Positions 49,750-60,779 of a stretch of DNA of 64,000 bases are shown one piece after another. Each line of letters starts with the position of its first letter. Positions within the stretch are counted from its first letter, which is position 1. A program made the position numbers and the translations under genes. A model generated the notes under the pieces. It saw only the letters and a list, made by a program, of their open reading frames with translations. It did not search any database and was not told the DNA's origin. Source of the stretch: Candidatus Hodarchaeota archaeon (GTDB taxonomy: Archaea; Asgardarchaeota; Lokiarchaeia; Sigyniarchaeales; SOKP01); contig JBHLKM010000003.1 in assembly GCA_048886685.1 (NCBI GenBank), positions 128,001 through 192,000 of the forward strand. The letters are read 5' to 3'.

Positions 49750-50829
49750 ATGGTTGATATATTTTATGAAGAAGATGGAGATCTTTCAAAATTAGATGGG
49801 AAGACTATAGCAATCATAGGCTATGGTAATCAGGGACGTGCCCAAGCGCTCAATTTAAGAGATTCAGGGCTAAACATTATTATTGGAAATGTTGAAGATA
49901 AGTATGGGAAAATAGCCACGAATGATGGTTTTCCTGTCTTTTCAATTAAAGAGGCCTCCAAAAAATCAGATGTAATATTTCTTCTTATTCCTGATGAAGT
50001 AATGAATGATGTCTTTGAAAGAGAAATCAGACCTAATATCCAAGCTTATTCAACTTTAGTATTTGCGAGTGGATATAATATTGGATTTAAATTATTGAAA
50101 CCGCCTAAAGATCTTGACGTTTTATTAATAGCACCGAGAATGATTGGTGTTGGAGTAAGGGAGAAATTCCTTAAAGATGAGGGTTTTTTTAGTTTTGTCG
50201 CAATTGAGCAAGATGCGTCTGGAAAAGCAAAACAAATTTTATTAGCATTAGCTAAGGGTATTGGAACATTGAAAAAAGGAGCTATAATGATTAATTTCAA
50301 GCAAGAAGCAGAGTTGGATTTATTCAACGAACAAGGATTTGGTCCTGCTTTTGGTAGGGTATTACTATCAAGTATTTATACTTTAATTAAAGCAGGATAT
50401 CCTAAAGAAGCTGTATTGGTTGAAATGTATATGAGCGGAGAGATGGCATATACATATCAGAAAATGGCTGACATAGGAATAATCAAACAAGTAGATTTTC
50501 ATTCTCAAACAAGTCAGTATGGAGCTTTGAGTCGCGGTATTCGCTTTAGAAAACTTCCTCTCAAGGTAAAGATGAGTGAAATCTTAAAAGAAATCCAAAA
50601 TGGTGAATTTACTAAAGAATGGGAAAAAAGAATCAATAAGCTTAAATTTAAAATGTTTAAATATTTCGCAACTAAACAGAAAATAAATAAATTAGAAAAA
50701 CAAGTTAGAAAAAATCTTAGATTAAAATTATATGATATATATGAAGAACTACTTCCGACTAAAGCAGAGCTTTCTGAATTAAAAAAGATTTCAGACGAAT
50801 TAGACCTGTTTGAACAATATTATGATTAG
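49750..50829 (+). CDS. ilvC: Ketol-acid reductoisomerase family
   Basis: IIGYGNQGRAQALNLRDSG, LIPDE, E.DLFNEQ, SQTSQYG. Confidence 0.88.
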   Translation: MVDIFYEEDGDLSKLDGKTIAIIGYGNQGRAQALNLRDSGLNIIIGNVEDKYGKIATNDGFPVFSIKEASKKSDVIFLLIPDEVMNDVFEREIRPNIQAYSTLVFASGYNIGFKLLKPPKDLDVLLIAPRMIGVGVREKFLKDEGFFSFVAIEQDASGKAKQILLALAKGIGTLKKGAIMINFKQEAELDLFNEQGFGPAFGRVLLSSIYTLIKAGYPKEAVLVEMYMSGEMAYTYQKMADIGIIKQVDFHSQTSQYGALSRGIRFRKLPLKVKMSEILKEIQNGEFTKEWEKRINKLKFKMFKYFATKQKINKLEKQVRKNLRLKLYDIYEELLPTKAELSELKKISDELDLFEQYYD

Positions 50830-50834
50830 GTACC

Positions 50835-51818
50835 TTATAATTCAAGAAGTATTACTATTACACCTAAAATAGTTAAAACTACACCAACAAAACCAAATTT
50901 AGAAATAGTTTCCTTATTTACAAAATATGTCAATGGAAGTGCAAAGAGAGGACTAGCACTTGCGATTAATGCTACAACATCAGCTCCTGCTACATGAACG
51001 GATTCAGTATATAGATATGCTCCAAGTGAAGTTCCTATAATTGAGGCACCAATTAATAGAGTCCATGTACGGAGAGATTTCTTACTACTCATTAAATTAT
51101 AGTCTCTCTTTTTTAAGTAATGCTCCCGCCACACCATTGAACTCAAGATCATTAAGGCGAATGGAAACCGAATAACATTTCCTATAATAGAACTAAGTTC
51201 CTCTTTTTGGATAATCTGATCTATTCTACCTGTTGCAAATTCAATCATGATGGCCCCAACGGCCCAACCTATAGATGCAGTGAAGCAATAAATAATTGCT
51301 TTAACAATATTTTTCTCAAAGACTTCTTGGAATTTTATCTTTATTGTTGGTTTTGCTATTAAGTTTCCATTTTCGAGTGGATTCTCAGAGTTTATTTTGG
51401 ATTTTCCAATGATCGTGATTCCTACACCAATTAGAAGAAGTGAAATAATCAAATTGAGTTTAAATGGTTTTTTGAGAAAAATTAGAGATAATATGAAAGT
51501 AAAAAGAGGAAAAGTCATCGAAATAGCAAGAGCAATGGTTGTTCCTAGTTTTTTTTGAGCAGTAAAATAAGCTGTATCCCCAATCACTTGACCAAATACA
51601 AAACTAAAAATTAATAACACCCAGATTTCCCATGGGATTACAAAAATGAGATCTAACTGATTTAAAAAGAAAGCTATAAGGAAGAAAGTTAATGTACCTA
51701 CGGCTGTTCGAAAAAAGTTGATAAAGGTTGGGCTAGCTTCATGCTCTGTTCTGCGAAAAATAACATTGGAGGCAACAAATGTTAGTACAGCTAAAATTGC
51801 GATAATTTCTCCTAGCAT
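50835..51818 (-). CDS. DMT/EamA family transporter
   Basis: About 10 TM segments in two repeats, SASPLFA...KETIS. Confidence 0.85.
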   Translation of the reverse strand: MLGEIIAILAVLTFVASNVIFRRTEHEASPTFINFFRTAVGTLTFFLIAFFLNQLDLIFVIPWEIWVLLIFSFVFGQVIGDTAYFTAQKKLGTTIALAISMTFPLFTFILSLIFLKKPFKLNLIISLLLIGVGITIIGKSKINSENPLENGNLIAKPTIKIKFQEVFEKNIVKAIIYCFTASIGWAVGAIMIEFATGRIDQIIQKEELSSIIGNVIRFPFALMILSSMVWREHYLKKRDYNLMSSKKSLRTWTLLIGASIIGTSLGAYLYTESVHVAGADVVALIASASPLFALPLTYFVNKETISKFGFVGVVLTILGVIVILLEL

Positions 51819-51896
51819 TTTATAAGAAAATTAAAGAACGCATAAATTGTTTTCTATCAAAAAGGATTTAAGATTTAAATATAAACGAGGTAGATA

Positions 51897-53378
51897 CTAA
51901 TTATTTTCTTTATTATGTCGTGCTATTTTTTTTCCAAATTCGTACAGTTTTAGGAATGATTTAGCTGCAGCTTCAAGAGAGGGGTAAACAAGAAAATTAT
52001 CCTTAAGGAGCATATCAACAAAAATCTTACGAGATTCACTAGGATATTGATGTAAGATAATAATCATGGTTTTATTCTGGCTTTCTACATAATCTCTTAT
52101 TTCTTTTAAATTACTGTAATACCCTTGAAAGCTTCTACCCTCTATATCTTTCCATGCATCTGTTTCTAATATTATTAAACTAATGTTTTCATCAACTGCA
52201 GCCTTGGTCACATCTACTAATTCTTTTTGGTATGTTACAAATGGTAAATCTAAAGGATTTGATAAACTCCCTACTCGAATCGGATAGATCTTAGTAAGTT
52301 TTTCGAGTGTTTCACCTTTAAACTGGGGGACTTCAAGCCCCATTTCTATTAATGTATCCGTTGCTAAAATTCCAAAACCACCAGACCATAATATAATTAA
52401 AGCCCTTTTATTCCTAGGATATACAATTTCTCTTTCTAGTTTCTTGAATCGGTTAAAGTATGAGGAAAATAAATATGCATCATCAATTAATTGATCCAGA
52501 GAGGAAGGAACTTCAATAATCGGAGTTTGTTTAAATATGGCATTCCAAATATTCTGTTTAGTTGCCATGGAGCCCGTATGTGATAAAACTGCTGTTTGAC
52601 CTCTTTCAGTTTTTCCTCCTCTCATAAATAAAACTGGTTTTGTCATACCTCTTAAAACTTTAAATAAATTTTTTCCTTCACTTGTATGTATTGGAGAAAT
52701 TCCTTCAAAATATACACAGATTACATCTGTATCGTTATCTTCATTCAAATATTGTAGAACCTCAGAAATTTGAATATCAACACAATTACCAATACTTACT
52801 CCAATTGAAAATCGAAGATGATATCTCCTAGATCCAAATTTAATCATTTTTGAATGTAAATCTCCTGATTGAAAAATCAGACCAATATTTCCATGTTCTT
52901 CCGGGAATGAAGAATAATACGCTGTTTTTCCTCTTGGACTATAAATTCCCATGCAATTGGGGCCGATACTTCTTGTTCTCTTGTAATCATCTAATATTTC
53001 TTTTATTTTATATTCAATTTCAGTCCCTTTTTCATCAAATTCACCAGTCCCAGCAGTAAATATATGAATAAAATTTACTTTTTTTTTTGAAAGAACCTCT
53101 TGTAAAGTTTCAACGAGAAGGTCTCTTCTAATAGATAAAATTAAAAGATCAATTTTATTTGCGGGAATATCGTCAATGGATTTATAACACTTAAGCCCTA
53201 AAAAACTTTCCTCTTTAGGAGACACTAAATATAAATTGTCTAGATTAAATCCCTGCCTTTGAAATCCTTTTACAAAAAAATCGACCGCATTACTTATTCT
53301 ATATATGGCAACATTTTTTGGATTAAACAACAATTCTAATGAAATCCTATTATCATTTGACTCCGACATTTTCCTCAT
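51897..53378 (-). CDS. NDP-forming acyl-CoA synthetase alpha-subunit-like (CoA-binding) protein
   Basis: GPNCMG, QSG, SIGN..D, SHTGS phospho-His, NPLDL. Confidence 0.85.
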   Translation of the reverse strand: MRKMSESNDNRISLELLFNPKNVAIYRISNAVDFFVKGFQRQGFNLDNLYLVSPKEESFLGLKCYKSIDDIPANKIDLLILSIRRDLLVETLQEVLSKKKVNFIHIFTAGTGEFDEKGTEIEYKIKEILDDYKRTRSIGPNCMGIYSPRGKTAYYSSFPEEHGNIGLIFQSGDLHSKMIKFGSRRYHLRFSIGVSIGNCVDIQISEVLQYLNEDNDTDVICVYFEGISPIHTSEGKNLFKVLRGMTKPVLFMRGGKTERGQTAVLSHTGSMATKQNIWNAIFKQTPIIEVPSSLDQLIDDAYLFSSYFNRFKKLEREIVYPRNKRALIILWSGGFGILATDTLIEMGLEVPQFKGETLEKLTKIYPIRVGSLSNPLDLPFVTYQKELVDVTKAAVDENISLIILETDAWKDIEGRSFQGYYSNLKEIRDYVESQNKTMIIILHQYPSESRKIFVDMLLKDNFLVYPSLEAAAKSFLKLYEFGKKIARHNKENN

Positions 53379-53958
53379 TTTTTAGTATTAATTTTGTATC
53401 GCAATTATAACAGTAAATAGGAGTTGAATTAAATTCTGTTCCACAGTTAGGACACTTTGATTTTATCTGATTCATTATAATTTGTAAATCCTCCATTTGT
53501 TCTTCGATTTCAACTTTTGTAATCCTCTTCAAAAGCAAAGAAAACGCTATAGAAACCAAGATAATTAAAAATATTAGGAGGATTGAATGTAAAAGATGAC
53601 TAGAAAAATTGGTTTTAAAATAATCTTTTGAATAGCGGGATAAAAAGACATAACCAAAAAAATTTGGAAAAAAGAATGTCATGACATTCATAGAATACGC
53701 TTTTTTAAAATCGTTATATAAGAAAATAGGAATGACTGATACTAAGATCCAAGTTAAGTAAATAAAAATCAGACCAGATAAATCATCAAATAAAATATAA
53801 TTCGTAATGAATTGGGTAATTCTTTTCTGAGCAATTGAAGCATCTGTATTAAAACTTACATTAAATTTATATCCAAAATAAAATATAAATAAACTCAGAA
53901 TGAGAATCTGAATAATAAAGAGAATAATTTTACTCCTAAAAAAATCGATTATCTTCAT
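53353..53958 (-). CDS. Membrane protein with C-terminal zinc ribbon
   Basis: About 4 TM segments followed by CPNCG...YCYNC. Confidence 0.7.
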   Translation of the reverse strand: MKIIDFFRSKIILFIIQILILSLFIFYFGYKFNVSFNTDASIAQKRITQFITNYILFDDLSGLIFIYLTWILVSVIPIFLYNDFKKAYSMNVMTFFFPNFFGYVFLSRYSKDYFKTNFSSHLLHSILLIFLIILVSIAFSLLLKRITKVEIEEQMEDLQIIMNQIKSKCPNCGTEFNSTPIYCYNCDTKLILKNEENVGVK

Positions 53959-54196
53959 TATTAATTATGTAAATTATAACCTAAAATTAAACTCTTTTAA
54001 ACTTCAATTGAATTTCTCGCTGAAAATGATAAAATTTTTATTATTTGTTATCTTTATTTAGTTACAGTGGAAGGCTCACTATCTTATTTTTTAAAATTAG
54101 CAAATCATCATCAATGTAGAGGATGTTTTCTCCTATGATGTATTCTTCTTCTTCAAAAAATATATGGATGGATGTTAATATGGAGGTAAATAGCAA

Positions 54197-57130
54197 ATGA
54201 GTTATACTTTTTCTAGAACTAAAATGATTGAAAAAATCAAATTTGGACTGCTTAGTCCAGATGAGATAAGAAAAATGTCTGCTGCTCGTATTATAACCGC
54301 AGATACGTATGACGAGGATGGGTTACCTATTCCTAGTGGTTTAATGGACCAACGACTTGGTACAATTGAGCCAGGACAGCGTTGCCAAACTTGCGGCAAT
54401 CTCGTATCGAATTGCATGGGTCACTTTGGACATATAGAATTAGCACGCCCCGTTATACATGTAGGATATGCAAAAAAGGTTTTAAAAGTGCTCCGCAGTA
54501 TTTGTCCAGATTGCTCTCGATTAATGCTCACTGAAGAGGAAAAGGATAAATTCAGACAAGAGCAAATAAAACATAGAAAAATTTTCTTCGAGGGTGATGA
54601 AGATGCTGCAAAAATCGTGTTTAAACGAGCCAGAAAAGCTAAAAATTGTCCTTATTGTGGCACAAAGAAGAAAAAAATTATTATTGAAAAACCTACCACT
54701 TTTTATGAAGAAGAAGAAGGAAAGGGTTCCCGTAGAATAACTCCTATAGAGATTTTAGAACGTCTTAAGAAGATGAGTGATGTTGATCTTAGAATTTTAG
54801 GTATTTCTCCTGAAAATGCTCGACTTGAGTGGGTTATTTTTACTGTGCTTCCTATCCCGCCAGTATGTGCAAGACCATCGATTACTTTAGATAGTGGTAT
54901 CCGTTCTGAAGATGATCTAACGCATAAACTAGTAGACGTTATAAGAATTAATCAAAGATTAAGAGAAAATATTGATGCTGGAGCACCTCATTTAATTGTA
55001 GAAGATCTTTGGGAATTATTACAATATCATATTACTACCTATTTTGATAATCAGGTTTCTGGGATCCCACCTGCAAGACATCGTTCAGGAAGAGCTCTAA
55101 GAACCCTAACTCAAAGATTAAAAGGTAAAGAAGGTAGATTTAGAAGTAATTTAAGTGGTAAGAGAGTGGATTTTTCAGCAAGGAGTGTAATATCGCCAAA
55201 TCCATATATTAGTATGAATGAAGTAGGTGTACCCATAGAAATAGCGAAAATTTTAACTATTCCCACTAATGTTAACGATTGGAATATTGAAGAAATGAAA
55301 CAGATGGTTTTAAATGGGCCTCTTCATCATCCTGGAGCTAATTATATTATAAGGAATGATCGTAGAAGAATTGATTTGCGTTATGTTAAAAATAGAAAAA
55401 TTATTGCAGATATGCTAGCACCAGGATTCACTGTTGAGCGTCATTTGAATGATGGGGATTTGGTACTGTTTAATCGTCAACCCTCGCTTCATAGAATGTC
55501 GATAATGGCACATGAAGTAAAAATCATGGATGGACGAACTTTTAGATTAAATTTGACTGTATGTCCTCCTTATAACGCTGATTTTGATGGAGACGAAATG
55601 AACTTGCATGTACCTCAAAGTGAAGAAGCACGAACAGAAGCAGAATTACTTCTTAAAGTACAAGAGCACATATTATCACCCCGTTTTGGAGGTCCAATTT
55701 TAGGCGGAATACAAGATTTTATTTCAAGCGTTTTTCAATTCACGAGAAAAGACTCTTTATTCAATAAAAAAGAGGCATTAAATTTACTTTATAAAGGAGG
55801 GGTATTTAATGATAACCCTAATTTTAGTTTAGAGCAATTAACTCCAGTGGTAAAGGATCCAGAACCTTTATATTCTGGTAAAGATATATTCAGTAGCTTA
55901 TTTCCTGATGATTTAAACATCAAAGTAAAATCAAAATTTTGCAATAGATGCGATGTATGTGAAGAAGAAAACTGCCCCTATGATGCTTACGTTGTAATTA
56001 AAAATGGAAAATTAATAACTGGAACATTAGATGAAAAATCTTTTGGAGCGATGCAACCAAATAGCATTTTGCAGCGAATTATTAAGGATCATGGAAATGC
56101 GCGAGGTCGACAGTTCTTAGATAGCGCTACTAAAATGTTGCTGGGTGTTATTCGAAAAAATGGTATGACTATGGGATTGGATGAAGTTTATGTTCATGGT
56201 CATGCATCTGATGAAATTCAAAAAATATTAAAAAAAGCTAATGAAGAATCTCATAAACTAATAAAAGCCTTTAATGAAAATGATACTACAATTCTAAAAA
56301 GGGCTCCTGGTCGTTCTATGAGAGAAACCCTAGAGTTAAGAATCCGGCAGGTGTTAGCAGATGCACAAAAAAAAGCAGAGGAATCAGCATCTGAATTCAT
56401 TGGAGATGAAGCACACTCAGTTATTATGACTAAAACTGGAGCGAGAGGAAATACGCTTAATTTAGGAATGATGTCTGCTGTTGTAGGACAAATGGCTATA
56501 AGAGGTGAAAGGATTAACAGAGGTTATATTGGATATAGGAGAACATTACCTCATTTTAAAGTAGACGATCTCTCACCAAAATCTAGAGGTTTTGTAGCTT
56601 CATCTTTTCGAAATGGATTAAAACCTGTAGAATTCTTTTTTCATGCTATGGGAGGGAGAGAAGGACTTGTTGATACCGCGGTAAGAACATCTCAGAGTGG
56701 ATATATGCAAAGAAGATTAGTAAATGCATTACAAGATATGGTTGTAGAAAATGATGGAACTGTTAGAAATTCTGATAAAAATATAATTCAATTTAAATTT
56801 GGTGACGATGGTATAGATGCAATGCATACAGACCACGGTTTAGCAGTCAATTTAGATGTCCTATTATTAAAAGCAAAGGCTCTTAATGTAGAAGAGATTC
56901 GTGAAGAAATTAAACAAAATTCTCTAATTCAAAAAACTACTCCTAAAACAAAAAAAGCTACTCCTCAAAAAGAGAAACCCAAAAAAGAACCAAAACCTAA
57001 AAAAGAAAAAATAGTTCTTGATGAAGAAACATTGATAAAACAATTTGAGGACGAAACTGGAAAGAACGCTATTTGGAGAGGGAAAGAAACAAAAGCTTAT
57101 TTAGAGTGGAAGCAAGAAAAACTTGGATAA
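54197..57130 (+). CDS. rpoA1: RNA polymerase subunit Rpo1N (A')
   Basis: CMGHFGHI, GKRVDFSAR, YNADFDGDEMN, TSQSGYMQRR. Confidence 0.98.
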   Translation: MSYTFSRTKMIEKIKFGLLSPDEIRKMSAARIITADTYDEDGLPIPSGLMDQRLGTIEPGQRCQTCGNLVSNCMGHFGHIELARPVIHVGYAKKVLKVLRSICPDCSRLMLTEEEKDKFRQEQIKHRKIFFEGDEDAAKIVFKRARKAKNCPYCGTKKKKIIIEKPTTFYEEEEGKGSRRITPIEILERLKKMSDVDLRILGISPENARLEWVIFTVLPIPPVCARPSITLDSGIRSEDDLTHKLVDVIRINQRLRENIDAGAPHLIVEDLWELLQYHITTYFDNQVSGIPPARHRSGRALRTLTQRLKGKEGRFRSNLSGKRVDFSARSVISPNPYISMNEVGVPIEIAKILTIPTNVNDWNIEEMKQMVLNGPLHHPGANYIIRNDRRRIDLRYVKNRKIIADMLAPGFTVERHLNDGDLVLFNRQPSLHRMSIMAHEVKIMDGRTFRLNLTVCPPYNADFDGDEMNLHVPQSEEARTEAELLLKVQEHILSPRFGGPILGGIQDFISSVFQFTRKDSLFNKKEALNLLYKGGVFNDNPNFSLEQLTPVVKDPEPLYSGKDIFSSLFPDDLNIKVKSKFCNRCDVCEEENCPYDAYVVIKNGKLITGTLDEKSFGAMQPNSILQRIIKDHGNARGRQFLDSATKMLLGVIRKNGMTMGLDEVYVHGHASDEIQKILKKANEESHKLIKAFNENDTTILKRAPGRSMRETLELRIRQVLADAQKKAEESASEFIGDEAHSVIMTKTGARGNTLNLGMMSAVVGQMAIRGERINRGYIGYRRTLPHFKVDDLSPKSRGFVASSFRNGLKPVEFFFHAMGGREGLVDTAVRTSQSGYMQRRLVNALQDMVVENDGTVRNSDKNIIQFKFGDDGIDAMHTDHGLAVNLDVLLLKAKALNVEEIREEIKQNSLIQKTTPKTKKATPQKEKPKKEPKPKKEKIVLDEETLIKQFEDETGKNAIWRGKETKAYLEWKQEKLG

Positions 57131-57187
57131 GAAAAAAAAAACAAAACATTTGGTAAGATATAATAAAATTTGTAAGGTTTATAGAAG

Positions 57188-58384
57188 ATGGCAAAAATAA
57201 CTCAACAACATCTAGAAGAACAATTAGAAATGTTAAAAAAGGATGGAATTCCTGAAGATTTAATCTTAAAAATTAGAGAAAAAATTAAAAATGAAGATCT
57301 TGAGGAAGAACAACTAGAATATCTTTTAAACAAAATATTTATAAATTTTAATAATGCCCTTGTAGAAACATCAGAACCAGTTGGAACTGTAGCTGCACAA
57401 TCAATAGGAGAACCTGGTACCCAGATGACACTAAAAACCTTTCATTATGCAGGACTTGAAGAGTTTAGTGTTACACAAGGGCTTCCACGCCTAATTGAAA
57501 TAGTTGATGCTCGACGATTTCCTTCAACTCCAGCAATGGAAGTGTATCTAATTGATAAGTATAAAGAAACGGAAGAAAAAGCAATAGAAGTTCACAATCG
57601 TATAGAACAGATACGTATAGAACAAATAACTTCTGATGTAGACTTAGATTTTGTAAATTGGAAAATAGTTGTAAATTTAATTCCTGAAATTTGTGAAAAA
57701 AAGGGAATTGACATAAATGAAATACCTGAAATTTTAAAACGCTATAAAAAAAAAGGAACAATTAAACGTGAGGGAAATTCAATTATAATAGATCCAGGAA
57801 TAGAAGATCTTCAAAGTCTGCAAAAATTAAGAGAAAAGATACTAAAAAAAGTAGTTAAAGGTATTAGAGGAGTAAAGAGGGGATTATTAACACCTTCTGA
57901 TGATGGAGAAGAATGGATAATTAAAACAGAGGGTACTAATTTACAAGGTGTAATTCAAATTGAAGGAGTTGATGATACTAGGTCCGTTTCAAACCATATC
58001 CATGAAATAGAAAAATTATATGGTATCGAAGCCGCACGTCAGATGATAATTATCGAGTCTCAAAAAGTTCTGGAACAACAAGGATTAGATGTGGATTTAA
58101 GGCATCTCCTTATTCTGGCAGATTTGATGTGTTATTCGGGATCAATTCAATCAATTGGGAGACATGGGATTTCTGGATCAAAATCAAGTGTTTTTGCTCG
58201 CGCTGCATTTGAGGTTACCGTAAACCAATTACTTGATGCAGGGCTTTACGGAGAGGAGGAGCGATTGCTTGGAATTCCAGAAAATGTAATTGTGGGACAA
58301 ATATCACCAATCGGAAGTGGTCGTGTAAACGTGATGTTTGATCTCGATGCTAATCTGGAAATACTGAAACAAAAGAAAAAATAA
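57188..58384 (+). CDS. rpoA2: RNA polymerase subunit Rpo1C (A'')
   Basis: [32 protein letters not shown]. Confidence 0.98.
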   Translation: MAKITQQHLEEQLEMLKKDGIPEDLILKIREKIKNEDLEEEQLEYLLNKIFINFNNALVETSEPVGTVAAQSIGEPGTQMTLKTFHYAGLEEFSVTQGLPRLIEIVDARRFPSTPAMEVYLIDKYKETEEKAIEVHNRIEQIRIEQITSDVDLDFVNWKIVVNLIPEICEKKGIDINEIPEILKRYKKKGTIKREGNSIIIDPGIEDLQSLQKLREKILKKVVKGIRGVKRGLLTPSDDGEEWIIKTEGTNLQGVIQIEGVDDTRSVSNHIHEIEKLYGIEAARQMIIIESQKVLEQQGLDVDLRHLLILADLMCYSGSIQSIGRHGISGSKSSVFARAAFEVTVNQLLDAGLYGEEERLLGIPENVIVGQISPIGSGRVNVMFDLDANLEILKQKKK

Positions 58385-58475
58385 AACTCGTTTTCAAAGA
58401 ATAAAATACACCAAAAAAAACTTAAACATTAAATTATTATTATTACTAATTATATAGACACGTTTTGAAAATATC

Positions 58476-58847
58476 ATGGCAAAGAAGAAAATTAAAGGCA
58501 TTACGGAAAAAGTTGATTTATCGCGTAAGAAAAAGAAGGAATTTGATGTTGATACAAATATTAGAGTAGCATATAAAACTGGTAAAGTTGTCTATGGGAA
58601 AAATAATGTATTAAAACATCTTAGAGAAAGTCTATTCAAATTATTAATTATCGCAAATAATTGTCCCGCAGATTTGGAAAGTCAATTAAACTATTATAAT
58701 TCTCTCATGAAGGATAAAATATATATTCATAAGTATAAAGGGTCTTCTTGGGATCTCGGTTTAGCTTGTGCAAAGCCTTACATGATCTCTGTTATTGGAG
58801 TTGTTCATGAGGGTGATTCAGATCTCTTAACTTTAAAGACAAGATGA
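58476..58847 (+). CDS. rpl30e: 50S ribosomal protein L30e
   Basis: KTGKVVYG, ANNCP, LGLACAKPY..S, GDSD. Confidence 0.93.
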   Translation: MAKKKIKGITEKVDLSRKKKKEFDVDTNIRVAYKTGKVVYGKNNVLKHLRESLFKLLIIANNCPADLESQLNYYNSLMKDKIYIHKYKGSSWDLGLACAKPYMISVIGVVHEGDSDLLTLKTR

Positions 58848-58875
58848 AAATAATTATATAATATGGATTTTATTC

Positions 58876-59352
58876 ATGCTAAAGAAGAATATTAAGATTG
58901 ATAGAGAAGCAATGGAACTTATCTCGTTGTTTAATAATATTTCTGGAGCGATTATAAAAGATTGCCTGACATTTAAAAATCCGGAAAATAATTCCGAAGT
59001 TATCATCTTTCTTGTAAAGGAAGAAGATGTTGGAAAGGCTATTGGGAAAGCAGGTGAGCATGTTAAAGATCTAAAATCAAAACTTAACAAAAAAATTGAT
59101 GTAATTGCGTTTTCAGAAAATCTGAGTAAATTTATTCAAAATATTTTGCAGACTACAAAAAATTCAATTGTGGTTCAAAATATTGAAATAAAAGAAAGCA
59201 GAAATTTAAAGAAAACAGTTATTATAACTGTAAGACCACAGGATCGCGGAAAAGCAATTGGAAAAGATGGATCAATGATAAGAAAAATTAAAGAACTTGT
59301 TTTAAGGTATTTTGAAGTTGATAATGTAATTATCAATACAAAAAATATCTGA
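58876..59352 (+). CDS. nusA: Archaeal NusA-like KH-domain protein
   Basis: Two GKAIGK.G KH motifs and conserved operon position. Confidence 0.93.
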   Translation: MLKKNIKIDREAMELISLFNNISGAIIKDCLTFKNPENNSEVIIFLVKEEDVGKAIGKAGEHVKDLKSKLNKKIDVIAFSENLSKFIQNILQTTKNSIVVQNIEIKESRNLKKTVIITVRPQDRGKAIGKDGSMIRKIKELVLRYFEVDNVIINTKNI

Positions 59353-59358
59353 TTCTTA

Positions 59359-60654
59359 TTGATAACTCTTAATTCAAACACAAAATTATATTTTCAAGTG
59401 ATTAAGTTTCCATCCTTAAAATTGTATAATGAACAAGCTGCTATAAATCATGTTAAATCGTTAAATTTTAGGCGTTATGCGGCAACTGAGGGTGAAACTA
59501 AAACAATAAATTATCTCCGAAAAGAATTGGAGAATGAGAAGGTTAAAATTAAAGTAGAATCTTTTGAATGGACTAAAATATTAATTAAATTAAATAAAAT
59601 GTTTTTTTTATGGACATTTTTTATTCTTTTGGGTAGTGAGATACTTTTATTATATCCCCTATTCACGTGGATAATCCTTCCTCTCAATGGTCTCTTTTTT
59701 GTTGTATTAATATTTGGAGGAAAGTATATTTTTGATCATTCTAGAATAATTTACAGTGGTAAGAGAAGAGAGTCAAAAAATGTAATAGCAACTATTCAAG
59801 CTAAAGATCTATATCCAAAAAGACCTGTTATAATCTTTTCAGCACATCATGATTCAGTTTCATCAAATTTTCCATACAAACTGGGGAAAATATTACTCAT
59901 TTCGGTAGTATTATTTTTGCTCTCAATTCTTCTTATAAACTTAATTCTTTCAATCTGGTCAATTTTGGCTATCTTTACAGCAATTCAAATTGATAAAATT
60001 TATCTATGGATAAGAAATATCTCATTAATTATTGGTATTATTCTACTGTCAGAAATCTTCATAACATTTTTTTCGAAAAAGACTAATAATTCTCTCGGTT
60101 CACTAGATAATGCGTCTGGTGTTGCAGTCCTATTAGAATTAGCGAAAATTGTTAATAAAAATCCCCTTGAAAGAACCGATGTAATTTTTTTATGGTGTGG
60201 AGCAGAGGAAATGGGACTATGGGGTTCAAAACAATACTGTTCTAAACACATTGAAGAATTAGATAATGATTACGACTTAAATAAATCATATAACATTAAT
60301 ATAGACGGGGTGGGTACTTACATAGGTCTAATTGATGAGACTGGATTAATTAAGAAAAAAAAAATGAATGAAAATCTGAATGATGTTATTAAAGCATCAG
60401 ATATGCACCAAAAAATCCCTCCTAGGAAGGCAAATGAAGGATTTGGATCAGGAAGTGATCATCTGGTTTTTAAGGCTTTTACAAAAAGAGCAGAAAAGAC
60501 TGGTTTTCAAGTAACTTGCTTTACATCAAAGAAGGATATAAAATATGTACATTCTAAAAAGGATACACCTGAACTATGTTCTGCTGAAAATCTAAATGGA
60601 TGCATCGATATTTGTTTCAATGCAATAAATAGCCTTGATTTGAGAGTTGAATAA
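59359..60654 (+). CDS. Membrane-embedded M28 family metallopeptidase
   Basis: SAHHDS, DNASG, AEEMGLWGS, NIDG, SDH, HSKKD, with TM insertions. The start is uncertain. Confidence 0.85.
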   Translation: MITLNSNTKLYFQVIKFPSLKLYNEQAAINHVKSLNFRRYAATEGETKTINYLRKELENEKVKIKVESFEWTKILIKLNKMFFLWTFFILLGSEILLLYPLFTWIILPLNGLFFVVLIFGGKYIFDHSRIIYSGKRRESKNVIATIQAKDLYPKRPVIIFSAHHDSVSSNFPYKLGKILLISVVLFLLSILLINLILSIWSILAIFTAIQIDKIYLWIRNISLIIGIILLSEIFITFFSKKTNNSLGSLDNASGVAVLLELAKIVNKNPLERTDVIFLWCGAEEMGLWGSKQYCSKHIEELDNDYDLNKSYNINIDGVGTYIGLIDETGLIKKKKMNENLNDVIKASDMHQKIPPRKANEGFGSGSDHLVFKAFTKRAEKTGFQVTCFTSKKDIKYVHSKKDTPELCSAENLNGCIDICFNAINSLDLRVE

Positions 60655-60779
60655 ATTCTCTTTCCTTTATTTTAATTAATACAAACCAAAATTAGCATGA
60701 AATTAATTCATTTACATAAATTTTAAGTTCTATGATATATTTTTTCTCAATATATAAATTTTTAAATTTGGTGAATATT

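Noticed and set aside
423-60251. Numerous 60-100 aa antisense or alternate-frame ORFs in the track (e.g. 423-701, 8880-9128, 17342-17611, 30815-31126, 50046-50327, 57471-57761)
   Set aside because: They are nested in well-supported genes and carry no motifs, so they are treated as shadow ORFs.
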